A stretch of DNA of 58,071 nucleotides from Candidatus Hermodarchaeota archaeon (GCA_048885925.1 JBHLLG010000016.1:1-58071); one strand, 5' to 3'; positions 18,154 to 28,794 are shown, counted from the stretch's first letter. Numbers and translations: made by a program. The notes: generated from the letters alone by a model not told the origin.

Positions 18154-19677
18154 ATGAAAAGTGAAAGAAGTAAAAGAATTGGCATAAGGGAAGTGATTTT
18201 GTTGAATTTTGCTTTATATACAATCATTGCATTAGGAACTGTAGCAACAACATCAGGAATATTTATTGGAGTCATAAACACTACAACTTCAAATCAAGTG
18301 ATAAATACTTTAGAAACAGAAGTTAAATACGACATGGAAAATAAAACATTCAGTAATTCTCTTATTATTCAATCACAATTAGAAAACGTAGCAGAAGATT
18401 TAAACGGATTAGCTAATTCTATTTCAAATATTTTTAAAAATCCATTCGAATTTGGTTATCGTAAATCATTTTATCATGTAGAAATGCTTCCAGTAGGTAC
18501 AAGAAAATTTGATGGGTCGATAGTGAGTTCTACTGAATATTATCCAGAAAATATACCTCCTGATTCAGAATATAATCCTAAACTTGACTTAAATGCGTCA
18601 AAAAGTTATTCACACTATTTAATTTATGAAGATAGTTGGAATGCTATGGGTCAAAATGAATATAATCTGAGTGGTATTCATGGTGAAATAATTAACCGAA
18701 CAGCTCATTTAGATCCAATTATGAAAGAAATATTAGATAATAATCCTCATTATTCTTGGATCTATATGGAATTTGAGATAGGTATTCAAAGAACCTTTCC
18801 ATGGTCAGGTGTTGATACAACTATTTTTGGTACGGCAACAGAGCCTCCCTTTGATTATAAAACTGATGATTGGTATATTGATGCTAAATCTGCAAACGGT
18901 AATATTATTTGGACAGCACCTTATATAGATCCATATCTCGGATGGATAGTTACAATTTCCCGTGCAATTTATAATGGAACTATATCCCCTGCAAATTTTA
19001 TAGGAGTAGTTGGAATCGATTTTACACTTGAAACAATATCTCAAACAGTGGGAAATATTAAATTATTTGATACAGGATATGGATTTCTAATTGACCAAGA
19101 TGGCGAAGTTATATCTCACCCTAATGTAATTTTTGACCCTGGAGATGAAGAAGCCGTGCTCATTAATGATATTGAACCTATATCCCAAGAATTATTGATT
19201 CAAATGACTAGTGGAACTTCTGGTTTTTCTGAAATTATGAAAAATGGGAAAATTTACTATTTAACTTATACACCAATTAATATATCTGATTATTCGCTAG
19301 GAATTATAGCTCCATCTGAAGAAGTTTTGGCACCAGTTAAAGCGTTACAAGACACTCTGAATCGAAATCTTACTATTCAGCTTTCAATTATACTTATTAT
19401 TCTTGCAATTATAATTGTTGTTGTTTTAATGGTAGGCTTAAAAATTTCTGATTCTATAGTTAAACCTTTAAAAAAATTGACTAACCTCGCTTTGCAATTA
19501 GCTACAGAAGATATAAAAAAGGCTGCATTGGAAAAATCCGAAGTTTTTGGGGAATTAGATGATATTATCGAAAAAGGCGATGAGATAGGTGGCTTATCTC
19601 GATCTTTTAAGAATTTAGTTTTAATGGTACGAGAAGAAACTAAACCCGAAGAACAAAAAAACAACAAATTGAGATAG
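18154..19677 (+). CDS. Membrane sensor: TM-dCache-TM-HAMP with no output domain
   Basis: FDYKTDDWY, WTAPYID, GVVGID and DTGYGFLIDQDG.VISHP; HAMP (VKPLKKL...DEIGGLSRSF) ends near the C-terminus. Starts 13 nt after the upstream stop with a GGAGG site. Confidence 0.85.
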   Translation: MKSERSKRIGIREVILLNFALYTIIALGTVATTSGIFIGVINTTTSNQVINTLETEVKYDMENKTFSNSLIIQSQLENVAEDLNGLANSISNIFKNPFEFGYRKSFYHVEMLPVGTRKFDGSIVSSTEYYPENIPPDSEYNPKLDLNASKSYSHYLIYEDSWNAMGQNEYNLSGIHGEIINRTAHLDPIMKEILDNNPHYSWIYMEFEIGIQRTFPWSGVDTTIFGTATEPPFDYKTDDWYIDAKSANGNIIWTAPYIDPYLGWIVTISRAIYNGTISPANFIGVVGIDFTLETISQTVGNIKLFDTGYGFLIDQDGEVISHPNVIFDPGDEEAVLINDIEPISQELLIQMTSGTSGFSEIMKNGKIYYLTYTPINISDYSLGIIAPSEEVLAPVKALQDTLNRNLTIQLSIILIILAIIIVVVLMVGLKISDSIVKPLKKLTNLALQLATEDIKKAALEKSEVFGELDDIIEKGDEIGGLSRSFKNLVLMVREETKPEEQKNNKLR

Positions 19678-19836
19678 AATAATCAATAAGAGACACAGAA
19701 TGCTTTCAATAAAAGATAAGAATTATAAATATATTTTTTTTTTAATCAATAGAAATAAAGCAATAAAGAAATGAAATGATCTAGTTATGTATTATTAATC
19801 CAAACAAAAAAGAAAAATAATTAAAGAATTAAGTGA

Positions 19837-21705
19837 ATGTTGAAAAATAAAATTAAAATCCAAGTTAAATGGGAAATCAAATTTAAAAAACCGGTATATT
19901 CATGTTCAATTTCTAATATATTAGGGGATGATTTACCAGAAATTATTGGATGCTCTTTTGATGAGACAATGCGAATATATAATTTACAAGGGAAACAAGT
20001 TATGGTTTCTGAGTTCTCATCAAAGATTACAACTTTTTTAGTAGCACCAATTAAAAGTGATAAAGATGTTGAAATATTATCTGGAGATATAAATGGAATT
20101 GTGAGATTATTCGGAAAGCAAGGAAACCTCATTTGGAATATAAATCTTAAATCTCCAATAATATGTAGCGATATTGGAGACTTTTTGGGAAATGGAATGA
20201 ATGAAATCATATTAGGACTTCAAAATAATAAATTAATCTTTTTAAATGAAAAAGGACAAATAATAGAAGCCTTTCAAGCACCAGATGGAATTAAAGATTG
20301 TACAATAATAGAAAATTCAGAGATTTTTCTTGGTAAATTAATAGTGCTATTAAAAGATGGAAGAGTTATTAATTTTGATAAAAATGGGCGATGGCAAGAA
20401 GTTTTTCAATTAAATGATGATCCAATATGTATAAAATATAACAAGATATTCGAGAATCAAATATTAATAATTGGAAATAAAAGTGGTGTTCTTAAATTAA
20501 GTGATTTTGAGGGCAATATTTTAGGGGAAACTTCTCTAAATAACAAAATTAGAAGTGTGAATCGATACTTGCCAATTACAGATAATATTAATAACAAATT
20601 TATCACTGTAGCAGCTGGGAATTCACTTTATCTATTTGAGTTATTCAAAACAAACAAAAAAATTGAAGGTACTACTATAAAAAAGTTAATAAAACCATCG
20701 ACTGATATAACATCCGTAAAGACAGAACCAGTATTGCCTAATAAAACTATAAATTATGTTATAGAAGATCACATCGTTAAAAATATAGAGATTCCACAAA
20801 CTCAAGAGGAAAATAAGCAACCCACATTCACTCAAAGAAAAAGAATTAAAAAATATGCACAAGGAGAAGGAGTCAAAGTACAAAGAGGAGGTCAAATTGA
20901 AGGAAGCAAATACATCTTTAAAGTTAAAATAGTAAATGAACGAGAGTATAATATTACTGATGTAAATATACAAATTTTATCTTATCCAGAACAAAGTTTA
21001 ACACTAATCCAGGAAAAAACAGACTATGAGAGTCGAACTACAAATCCCGATCGTATAAAAATTCATAAAATTACGAAAGAAGGATTTTTTAGTCCACGAT
21101 TTATTTTTTTACCTAAAACGGATTGTGTTAAAGGTACTATTCGAGCAGTTATAAATTTCCTTAATGAGAGTGATGAAGTGGAAACTATTATAATGGAACC
21201 TTATGAAATAAAAGTAATTTGTGGACTACTGCAACCAAATCCAATAACTATTGAAGAATTTGACAAATTCTCTCAAGATATTATTAATTTTCAAAAAGTG
21301 GGAGAAGAAGTTGAAATTTTGATCGAAGCTAGTCAATTATATGAAAAATTATTAGTAATTTTAGAAAATAAAAATTTTTTTATAGTGGATACGGAAAAAC
21401 AAACAATAGGCGATAAACTTTTTGGCTTAGTAAAAGCATTTGCTAAAGGAATTTATAGCAAAAATAAACTAGGGCTTCAGATTACATTAACAGGTATCAA
21501 AAACTCTAAGAAATCACTTCTCAAAATTGAAACTTTTTCTCAAGATATTGACATGAGCCCTGCTTTAATTAATGAAATTGAGAACTCATTAGCTCCTAAA
21601 AAGTGTCCTGAATGCAACTATGATATTCCTCCAGAACTCTTACAACGAATTCTTCAAGGTAAGTTAACTTACTGTGAAAATTGTGGTGCTACATTATTAG
21701 ATTAG
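19837..21705 (+). CDS. Beta-propeller (FG-GAP/WD-like) plus putative Ig-like appendage/platform domain plus Zn ribbon
   Basis: Repeats GDDLPEIIGCSFDETMRIYN, DVEILSGDINGIVRLFG and GDFLGNGMNEIILG; low-complexity linker; beta-rich FKVKIVN...ITDVNIQI domain; LLQPNPITIEEF hinge; CPEC...CENC. Confidence 0.65.
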   Translation: MLKNKIKIQVKWEIKFKKPVYSCSISNILGDDLPEIIGCSFDETMRIYNLQGKQVMVSEFSSKITTFLVAPIKSDKDVEILSGDINGIVRLFGKQGNLIWNINLKSPIICSDIGDFLGNGMNEIILGLQNNKLIFLNEKGQIIEAFQAPDGIKDCTIIENSEIFLGKLIVLLKDGRVINFDKNGRWQEVFQLNDDPICIKYNKIFENQILIIGNKSGVLKLSDFEGNILGETSLNNKIRSVNRYLPITDNINNKFITVAAGNSLYLFELFKTNKKIEGTTIKKLIKPSTDITSVKTEPVLPNKTINYVIEDHIVKNIEIPQTQEENKQPTFTQRKRIKKYAQGEGVKVQRGGQIEGSKYIFKVKIVNEREYNITDVNIQILSYPEQSLTLIQEKTDYESRTTNPDRIKIHKITKEGFFSPRFIFLPKTDCVKGTIRAVINFLNESDEVETIIMEPYEIKVICGLLQPNPITIEEFDKFSQDIINFQKVGEEVEILIEASQLYEKLLVILENKNFFIVDTEKQTIGDKLFGLVKAFAKGIYSKNKLGLQITLTGIKNSKKSLLKIETFSQDIDMSPALINEIENSLAPKKCPECNYDIPPELLQRILQGKLTYCENCGATLLD

Positions 21706-21911
21706 ATTTTTTTTAAAACTTTCAAAAACACTCTACTACCTATCAAAAAAAATTCTATTAAACAATTTAATCTGATTATTTTTTAACTTACTATATAAAT
21801 TATCATGATACCAAACACCTTTCACTTTAGTTTAAAAATTAAATAAAAAAAAAATCAATCACTAATTAATTAATAAAAATAATAAATTAAAAATTCTAGA
21901 AGTGGAAAATA

Positions 21912-23168
21912 TTGGTAAAAGTCGCGATTATAGGTATTGGAATAACTCCATTTAAGGCACGATATCTCGATAAAACCTACTTCGAATTAGCGTATGGCGC
22001 CACTAAATTAGCTCTTGATGATGCCAATGAGAATGGGGCAGAAATAACGCATAAAGACCTTCAATCTACAGTTTATGGCATTTATAATGAACTTTTTGAA
22101 CGCCAGTTTATGCCAGATATCTTTACTAATAGTTATTTAGGATTAAACAATAAACCAGGTACGAGAATAGCAACTGGGGGTGCCACTGGAGGGTACACTG
22201 TTAGAATGGCATTTGCGGAAGTAGCTTCTGGATTAAGCGATCTGTGCTTATGTATAGGACTCGAAAAATGTAATGACTGTTATGACGAACAAACAGGTGT
22301 GACTACTCCAGAAGTTCTTAATGCAATTGCATATTCCGCTGACATGACATATGAGTACCCAATGGGAATGATGGCCGCTAGTTCTTATGTGTCGATGGTT
22401 AATGCTCATTTTGAGGAATTTGGAAATCCGACCGAAGAACAAATGGCATATGTGAGCGTTAAAAATCATGGAAATGCCTTGAACAACCCAAAAGCACAAT
22501 CTCCAATGAAAATATCTGTAGAAGATGTAATGAATTCAAGAATAATATGTTATCCATTCAAACTATTGGATTGTTGTTTATATTCAGAGGCTTCTGCTGC
22601 ATTAATCTTAGCAAATGAAAAAAAAGTAAGAGATTTAAAGATTGAGAAACCAATTTGGATTACTGGAGTTGCAGCAGCTAATACTGATTGCTTTATAGGA
22701 AATAGAGAAGATATGGGACGACTTTATTCAAATATTTATGCTGCAAAAGCAGCTTATAAAATGGCTGGGTTAGATTATACCAAAATAAAGAGCCAGATCG
22801 ATTTAGCAGAATTACATGATGCTTTTAGTGGTCAGGAAGTAATTAGTTATGAAGAACTTGGATTTGTACCATTTGGGAAGGGGGGTCCTTGGATTGAAAA
22901 TTCTTTTGAAAAAGCTGGAGAAGGACCTTGGATGGAAGGGGAATTACCTTGTTGTCCTTCAGGAGGGTTAATAGGTTGCGGACATGCTGTTGGTGCAACT
23001 GGAATAATGAGTACCGGAGAAGCTGCCCTTCAATTAAGGGGAGATGCTGGTAAACATCAAGTTACAATAGAAAAAGGTCGTGCAATTTCACACTCTATTG
23101 GCGGACCTGGAGCTGCATATGCTGCTGTTATTGTAATGACAAACGAGGAGGGATTAAAAAAACCATGA
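21912..23168 (+). CDS. SCP2-thiolase-fold protein lacking the nucleophilic Cys
   Basis: VKNHGNA..NPKAQ, ELHDAF and PSGGLIGCGHAVGATG; ATGGATGG at the usual xACAS position. Confidence 0.88.
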   Translation: MVKVAIIGIGITPFKARYLDKTYFELAYGATKLALDDANENGAEITHKDLQSTVYGIYNELFERQFMPDIFTNSYLGLNNKPGTRIATGGATGGYTVRMAFAEVASGLSDLCLCIGLEKCNDCYDEQTGVTTPEVLNAIAYSADMTYEYPMGMMAASSYVSMVNAHFEEFGNPTEEQMAYVSVKNHGNALNNPKAQSPMKISVEDVMNSRIICYPFKLLDCCLYSEASAALILANEKKVRDLKIEKPIWITGVAAANTDCFIGNREDMGRLYSNIYAAKAAYKMAGLDYTKIKSQIDLAELHDAFSGQEVISYEELGFVPFGKGGPWIENSFEKAGEGPWMEGELPCCPSGGLIGCGHAVGATGIMSTGEAALQLRGDAGKHQVTIEKGRAISHSIGGPGAAYAAVIVMTNEEGLKKP

Positions 23169-23659
23169 GTGAGGAATTTCAGGATCATCAAATAAGAGAT
23201 ATAATAAAAATTAATTATAAATATACAATGGGGGGACAATCTAAATTTTTTTTAGAACTGATGAGTCATAAGAAGTTATTAGGTACAAAATGTATTAAAT
23301 GTGGAAAGACATGGATGCCTCCTAGAATTAATTGCTCTGATTGCTATGAACCCACAGATTGGGTGGAACTCAAACAAACTGGAACGATAGAGGTTAGCAC
23401 GATAGTGTGGTATACCACTTCAGCTTTTATCAAGGCAATACCATATGGAGTAGGATTTATAAAACTTGATGGTGCAGAAACATCTTTACTTCAAGGAATA
23501 TTTTCTGAGAATCTGGTTCCTTCAAAAATAAAAAAAGGTAAAAAGGTTAAAGCGGTCTTTAACAAAGAAAGAGAAGGGAAAATGACTGATTTTTTCTTTG
23601 TCCCTGAGGATGAATATGAAAATTGGATATCAAAACCAGAATACGAAGGGGGGGAATAA
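23165..23659 (+). CDS. DUF35 (Zn-ribbon/OB-fold) protein
   Basis: CIKC...PPR..CSDC and IKLDGA; ATGA overlap with the thiolase-like gene. Confidence 0.9.
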   Translation: MSEEFQDHQIRDIIKINYKYTMGGQSKFFLELMSHKKLLGTKCIKCGKTWMPPRINCSDCYEPTDWVELKQTGTIEVSTIVWYTTSAFIKAIPYGVGFIKLDGAETSLLQGIFSENLVPSKIKKGKKVKAVFNKEREGKMTDFFFVPEDEYENWISKPEYEGGE

Positions 23660-23661
23660 TT

Positions 23662-24033
23662 ATGAATAAAGCAAAAGAATGTTTAAGTAAAATCGTAGAT
23701 AAATTGAATATGAATCCCAAAGCTCAAGATGTCTTTGTAACAAACATCGCAGGAAAAGATGTTGATTGGGAAATGTCATTTCAATTCAATCTCGATAATC
23801 AAGATCCATTCTTTTTAGTTATTAAAAATCGGAAAACAACACTATTTAATGGTACTAAATCTGAGGCATTCGTTGTAATGTCTGGAGATCCAATAGCTAT
23901 CATGAGAATCTGCGAAGGCAAAGGAGATTTTACTCATGCTATTTCACGAGAGCAAATTACAGTTGAAAAAGGAAGAGTTATGAATGTTATTCGTCTTACA
24001 AGAGCAATAACAATTGTATTAAAAACTAAATAA
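23662..24033 (+). CDS. SCP2 sterol/acyl-chain-binding domain protein
   Basis: About 123 aa; FQFNL..DPFFLVIK...G and GKGDFTHAISREQITVEKG, an SCP2-like pattern. Start at 23662 preferred. Confidence 0.65.
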   Translation: MNKAKECLSKIVDKLNMNPKAQDVFVTNIAGKDVDWEMSFQFNLDNQDPFFLVIKNRKTTLFNGTKSEAFVVMSGDPIAIMRICEGKGDFTHAISREQITVEKGRVMNVIRLTRAITIVLKTK

Positions 24034-24062
24034 ATTAATTTCATATTTTTAATCTGATTTTT

Positions 24063-24638
24063 ATGTGTTATTATATAACCGCAACATTACCAGAAAAAAC
24101 TGATATTGAATCAATAAGAACAATATTAGATAAATATAACATGGCTTTTTCTCCAATTAATAATAATAATGTAAGATCTCAACTTCGTCCAGGAGAGCTC
24201 TATTTTCAAGCAACTAAAGATTATTGTGATTGTGATACATCTTTAGGGATTTTAAATAAAGATACAGAATATCAAAAATTATTGAATTCCAAGAAAGTTA
24301 AGGCTTTAAGAAAAAAAAAATGGAAGGAAAGTAAGATTGATGAATGGATTAGAAAAAAGTTGCAGAATAAACCAATTCATACTAAACGTTCTATAACTGA
24401 AAAAGAAAAGGATTTAGATATTAAAAGATGGATTAATTTTATTTCAGAAATTATAACTTCAAATAAAATCTCTCGAATTGGCATCATTAAACATTGGTAT
24501 AGATATGGAATAAATAATGAAGAAATTACCTTAAAAAAGACTGTGAAATTATATACAGATAAAGTTAAAAGCGATTTTCTTTTAAATTTGGAAGAAGATG
24601 TCCTATATGAATTTTTTCCGCAATATAAATTTAAATAA
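24063..24638 (+). CDS. Hypothetical protein (N-terminal Cys and YCDCDT motif)
   Basis: Stand-alone 191-aa ORF filling the gap between genes; no family recognised. Confidence 0.7.
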   Translation: MCYYITATLPEKTDIESIRTILDKYNMAFSPINNNNVRSQLRPGELYFQATKDYCDCDTSLGILNKDTEYQKLLNSKKVKALRKKKWKESKIDEWIRKKLQNKPIHTKRSITEKEKDLDIKRWINFISEIITSNKISRIGIIKHWYRYGINNEEITLKKTVKLYTDKVKSDFLLNLEEDVLYEFFPQYKFK

Positions 24639-24658
24639 TTGAAAATTATCAGAATTAT

Positions 24659-26491
24659 TTAACTTTTGAAAGTGTTAGTTGATTGAACATTATCATCAGG
24701 TTGCCAATCCAAACTTTGATGTTCAAAATATTGTTTATACAACTGTTCATATTTCCCTCCAGTATTAATTAAAGACTCATGCGTTCCTTCTTCGATAAGT
24801 TTTCCTTTATCTAAAACAATTATTCGATCCGCATTTAATATAGTTGATAATCGATGTGCAATAATTATTGAGGTTCGATCAGTTAGAAGCACCTCAAGTG
24901 CTTCTTGAATTATTGCTTCCGTATACGCATCTACGCTTGAAGTAGCTTCGTCAAGGATGAGAATTTTTGGATCCATCAAAAGTGCTCGAGCAAAGCTGAT
25001 AAGTTGCTTTTGACCTTCAGAAAGACCTCTTCCTCGTTCACCTATCTTTGTTTGAATACCTTCTGGTAAATATTCGATAAGTTCTTCTGCATGAACAGTT
25101 TTGATTGATTTATATAAATCTTCTTCTGAAGCATCTCTTCTACCATATCGAATATTTTCTTCTATTGTACCTGAAAATAAAAATACATCTTGATGTACAA
25201 TTCCAAGATTCCTTCTATATGAATCTAATCTTATGTCTCTAATGTCGATTCCATCAATTTTAATAGAACCACCTTGAAATTCGTAATAACGAGATAAGAG
25301 TTTTACTAAACTTGATTTTCCTGCTCCAGTATGTCCAACAATCGCAAGCTTTTCACCTTTTTTTATTTGTAGATTTAAACCTTTAAATACCCATTCACCT
25401 TCCCTATAAGAAAAATCTACATCCTTTAAAACGATCTCTCCTTCTAATTTATCAATTCCAATTGTATGTTGATTTTGTTTTACCTTAGGTTCGGAATCAA
25501 GAATATCAAGGATACGTTCATATGCAGCCATGCCAGAACTGAGTTGTGGGAAAAATAGAGCAAGTACCATTATAGGTCGAAAGAATCTCTGAAGATAAAG
25601 TATAAACATTAAAATAATTCCAGGGTTAGTTATACCTTGAAGAACATAATGACCGCCAAAATAAACAATTATTATTAAAGTAATTCCAGAAACAGTTTCA
25701 AGCAAAGGTCTCCACATATGAGTTGTTGCTGTTAATCTAAATCCAGTCTTAAAATATTCTTTATTTGTCTTGTTAAATTGATTAGAAACCGTAACCTCTT
25801 GACCAAAACTTTTACAAACTTGTATTCCTTCAATCGATTCTACCATAGCAGCATTAATATTCCCAATTGACTTTCTATAAGCCCTACTGACAATTCTAGC
25901 AAGTTTTCTAAGTGAAAACATTAATATTAAAATAATTGGAACAGACGCTAAAGTAATCAGTGTAAGTGTTAGGTTTAACCACATAAGAATTCCTAATGTC
26001 AAAATACATATTAAAAAATTTCCTAAAGTGTCTGTTATTAAAATTGTTGTATTTCCAAAGTCTAACGCATCGTTTGAAACCCTTGAATTTAATCTTCCAC
26101 TTTCATATTTATCAAAAAAATTCATATCTTGTTCTTGTAATTTGTCAAATATATCCATACGGAGCTTATCAAGAAAAAATGGAGCAAACCTTCCTATCTC
26201 CCTTCTTTGCAGGAAAAACATTATCCAAATTATTAAAGATAATATTATATAAACTATTGCTGCACTGATAGCTAAAAAAATATCTCGATTTATTCTAGAA
26301 AGCTCATCAACGATAAATCCAACCATTAAAGGAGATAAAATTTCAGCTATTGTAGATATGAAGACAAACAATGAAATTAGGATAATATTTTTCTTAAAAG
26401 GGGCAACCCTTTTAATATATCTTACGAATAATTCGCGATCTGAATACTTTCTTACTGTTTCTTCACTTAAAACTCCAGAATAGATTCCCAT
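24659..26491 (-). CDS. ABC exporter half-transporter (TMD+NBD)
   Basis: GHTGAGKS, degenerate signature LSEGQ, ILILDEATS and IAHRL. Confidence 0.93.
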   Translation of the reverse strand: MGIYSGVLSEETVRKYSDRELFVRYIKRVAPFKKNIILISLFVFISTIAEILSPLMVGFIVDELSRINRDIFLAISAAIVYIILSLIIWIMFFLQRREIGRFAPFFLDKLRMDIFDKLQEQDMNFFDKYESGRLNSRVSNDALDFGNTTILITDTLGNFLICILTLGILMWLNLTLTLITLASVPIILILMFSLRKLARIVSRAYRKSIGNINAAMVESIEGIQVCKSFGQEVTVSNQFNKTNKEYFKTGFRLTATTHMWRPLLETVSGITLIIIVYFGGHYVLQGITNPGIILMFILYLQRFFRPIMVLALFFPQLSSGMAAYERILDILDSEPKVKQNQHTIGIDKLEGEIVLKDVDFSYREGEWVFKGLNLQIKKGEKLAIVGHTGAGKSSLVKLLSRYYEFQGGSIKIDGIDIRDIRLDSYRRNLGIVHQDVFLFSGTIEENIRYGRRDASEEDLYKSIKTVHAEELIEYLPEGIQTKIGERGRGLSEGQKQLISFARALLMDPKILILDEATSSVDAYTEAIIQEALEVLLTDRTSIIIAHRLSTILNADRIIVLDKGKLIEEGTHESLINTGGKYEQLYKQYFEHQSLDWQPDDNVQSTNTFKS

Positions 26492-26515
26492 TTTAGTTCA
26501 TTAAGACTTTTTTTA

Positions 26516-28285
26516 TTAATTTTTAAATTCTGGTAAGATCAAATGTTTACCAAATATTCGGCGATAATCCTCAGAATTTTGTAATAATTGATTATGATTA
26601 CCCTCTGCTACAATATCACCGTGCTTAAGAACAATTATTTTATCAGAAGTTCTTATTGTATATAATCGATGCGTAATTATTAAAGTAGTTCTGTCCCTCA
26701 AAATATTTTCCATAGCTCGACGAATTTTCTCTTCTGTTTCACTATCCACTGCAGAAACAGAATCATCAAAGATAAGAATTTGAGGATTAGTTAAAAAAGC
26801 TCGAGCAATTGCAATTCGTTGTTTTTCTCCTCCAGAAAGGCGTGTCCCCCTTTCTCCTACAATTGTATCATATCCTTTAGGAAAATTCTGTACAAATTCA
26901 TCTACTTGAGCAAGCTTCGCCACATCTATTATTTCTTCTTGTGTAGCGCTTTGCCTACCGAAAGAAATGTTTTCATTAACCGTTTTCGAAAATAAATAAA
27001 CATCTTGTTCTATATAGCCTATAAGTCTTCTTAGTACATGAAGAGGATATTCTCGAATATCTATTCCATCTAAAAAGATTGCTCCTTCTTGTGGTTCATA
27101 AAGCCGTAAAAGTAATTTTATAATTGTCGTTTTTCCACATCCAGTTGGACCAACAAAAGCAACTCTCTGATAAGGTTCAATCTTGAAGCTTAAATTTTTA
27201 AGAATGGGAGGATTATTTACATTTCCATTTGTATAAGTAAAGGTTACGTTCCTGAATTCTATTTTTCCTTTAAAACTCCTTGGCCATTCATTATATATAT
27301 TTTCTTTTTGTTCACTATCTTCTCTTGTAAGAGCAAGATATAAACGTGAACAAGCAGCAAACCCACTCATCATATCATTGGTAGCCCAAAAAATAGTGTT
27401 AGTAGGGTCTATAAGCGTTATTAAGAGTAAATTAATAGCAACTAAATTGCCAATTGTTAGAGTATTCTGAAAAGCAAATACACAACTAACCAAAAATACC
27501 ATACCTATCATAATATATAAAACCAATAAAGGATAATATTTAGATTGAACTTTAGTTTCTCCAATCCAATTGTCTCTAAAAGCATATACTGCTTGACTGA
27601 ATTTTTTTCTCTCCATTTTTTCAGCACTAAAAGATCTGACGACATGAGCTCCGCTTATACTATCTTGTAATACAACAGCTAAATTTGAATGCTTTCTCAA
27701 TCGAGCAGAAGCATATGGAGAAATTTTCTTACGATAATATAAAATATAATAAATATATAAAACTGTAAAAGGAATAGTAATTAAAGCAAGACGAAAATCA
27801 AGAAGATCAAATAATAACCATAACGTTATTCCTACTTGAAAGAAAGGGTAAATATAAAAACTACCATGGGAGACCATTGTATTGATTACTCGTAAATCAT
27901 TAGTTGCAAGAGCTTCTAAATCTCCCGTTCGAGCATTATCATAATATCTTAATGGTTTTAATTGAATTGTATCAAAAAACTCTTTTCTCATATTTTGCTC
28001 CGTTTTCAAACCAAGATAATGTCCCAACATCATGGTTACATAATCCATAGCATTACGTATAAGATAAAGAACAAGTCCCAGAAAAACCATTATTATTAAA
28101 TTAGCTTCACCTCGAGATATAAGTAGATTATCAATGATATTGCCAAGAACAATGGGAATGAGTGTTCTTGTAAGTGTAAATGTAATAATTCCTATTACTA
28201 CTAAAAATACTAAATATTTCTGCTTGTAAAGGTGGTATAAAAACCACTTCTTATAACTCTTGTACGTTTTAAAATCTAAATTCAT
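26516..28285 (-). CDS. ABC exporter half-transporter (TMD+NBD), heterodimer partner
   Basis: GPTGCGKT, LSGGE and degenerate Walker B LIFDDS. Confidence 0.93.
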   Translation of the reverse strand: MNLDFKTYKSYKKWFLYHLYKQKYLVFLVVIGIITFTLTRTLIPIVLGNIIDNLLISRGEANLIIMVFLGLVLYLIRNAMDYVTMMLGHYLGLKTEQNMRKEFFDTIQLKPLRYYDNARTGDLEALATNDLRVINTMVSHGSFYIYPFFQVGITLWLLFDLLDFRLALITIPFTVLYIYYILYYRKKISPYASARLRKHSNLAVVLQDSISGAHVVRSFSAEKMERKKFSQAVYAFRDNWIGETKVQSKYYPLLVLYIMIGMVFLVSCVFAFQNTLTIGNLVAINLLLITLIDPTNTIFWATNDMMSGFAACSRLYLALTREDSEQKENIYNEWPRSFKGKIEFRNVTFTYTNGNVNNPPILKNLSFKIEPYQRVAFVGPTGCGKTTIIKLLLRLYEPQEGAIFLDGIDIREYPLHVLRRLIGYIEQDVYLFSKTVNENISFGRQSATQEEIIDVAKLAQVDEFVQNFPKGYDTIVGERGTRLSGGEKQRIAIARAFLTNPQILIFDDSVSAVDSETEEKIRRAMENILRDRTTLIITHRLYTIRTSDKIIVLKHGDIVAEGNHNQLLQNSEDYRRIFGKHLILPEFKN

Positions 28286-28794
28286 AAATTTCTCAAAATC
28301 TTAATTTCTTATTGATATTAATCCTTACTTTCTCATAAATTAATGAAAACTCTAATTTTTTACTTGTAATTTTATCTAAAAATTCAAAAGTTATATCTTT
28401 TCGGGATTTTAATTCACCTAGAATTGTTTAAATTATAATGCCATTCCAACATCTCAACTATGTTTTTTCAGGAGATCCTAATTTCTACATAATTGCTGAT
28501 ATTGGTTAAATTCTATTGATTTTTATTGATTTCTTTAATTTTTCGTAAGTTATTTCTATGAAAGTGATAAATATAAATTTAATATCTGATCTATTTACTA
28601 ATCCTTTCTAAAGTAATATTTCTCATCTTAAAAATAGGAAATATTAATTAAAACTTAAAGATAATTCATAATCTCAACTTACGAATAGAAATCTTTATAT
28701 ATTTACATATTAAATATTTCTCCATCAGAATTTATCCAAAAATAATATCTTAAATTTAATCTAAAAGAAATTAAAAATATGAGGTTAAAAACTA

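Noticed and set aside
24659-28285. Degenerate ABC motifs as a sign of inactivation
   Set aside because: One consensus and one degenerate site is the normal pattern for heterodimeric exporters.
28286-28794. Possible gene remnant or ncRNA in a ~500-nt intergenic gap
   Set aside because: Only a ~44-codon start-less open stretch on the minus strand; no recognisable homology or stable fold.
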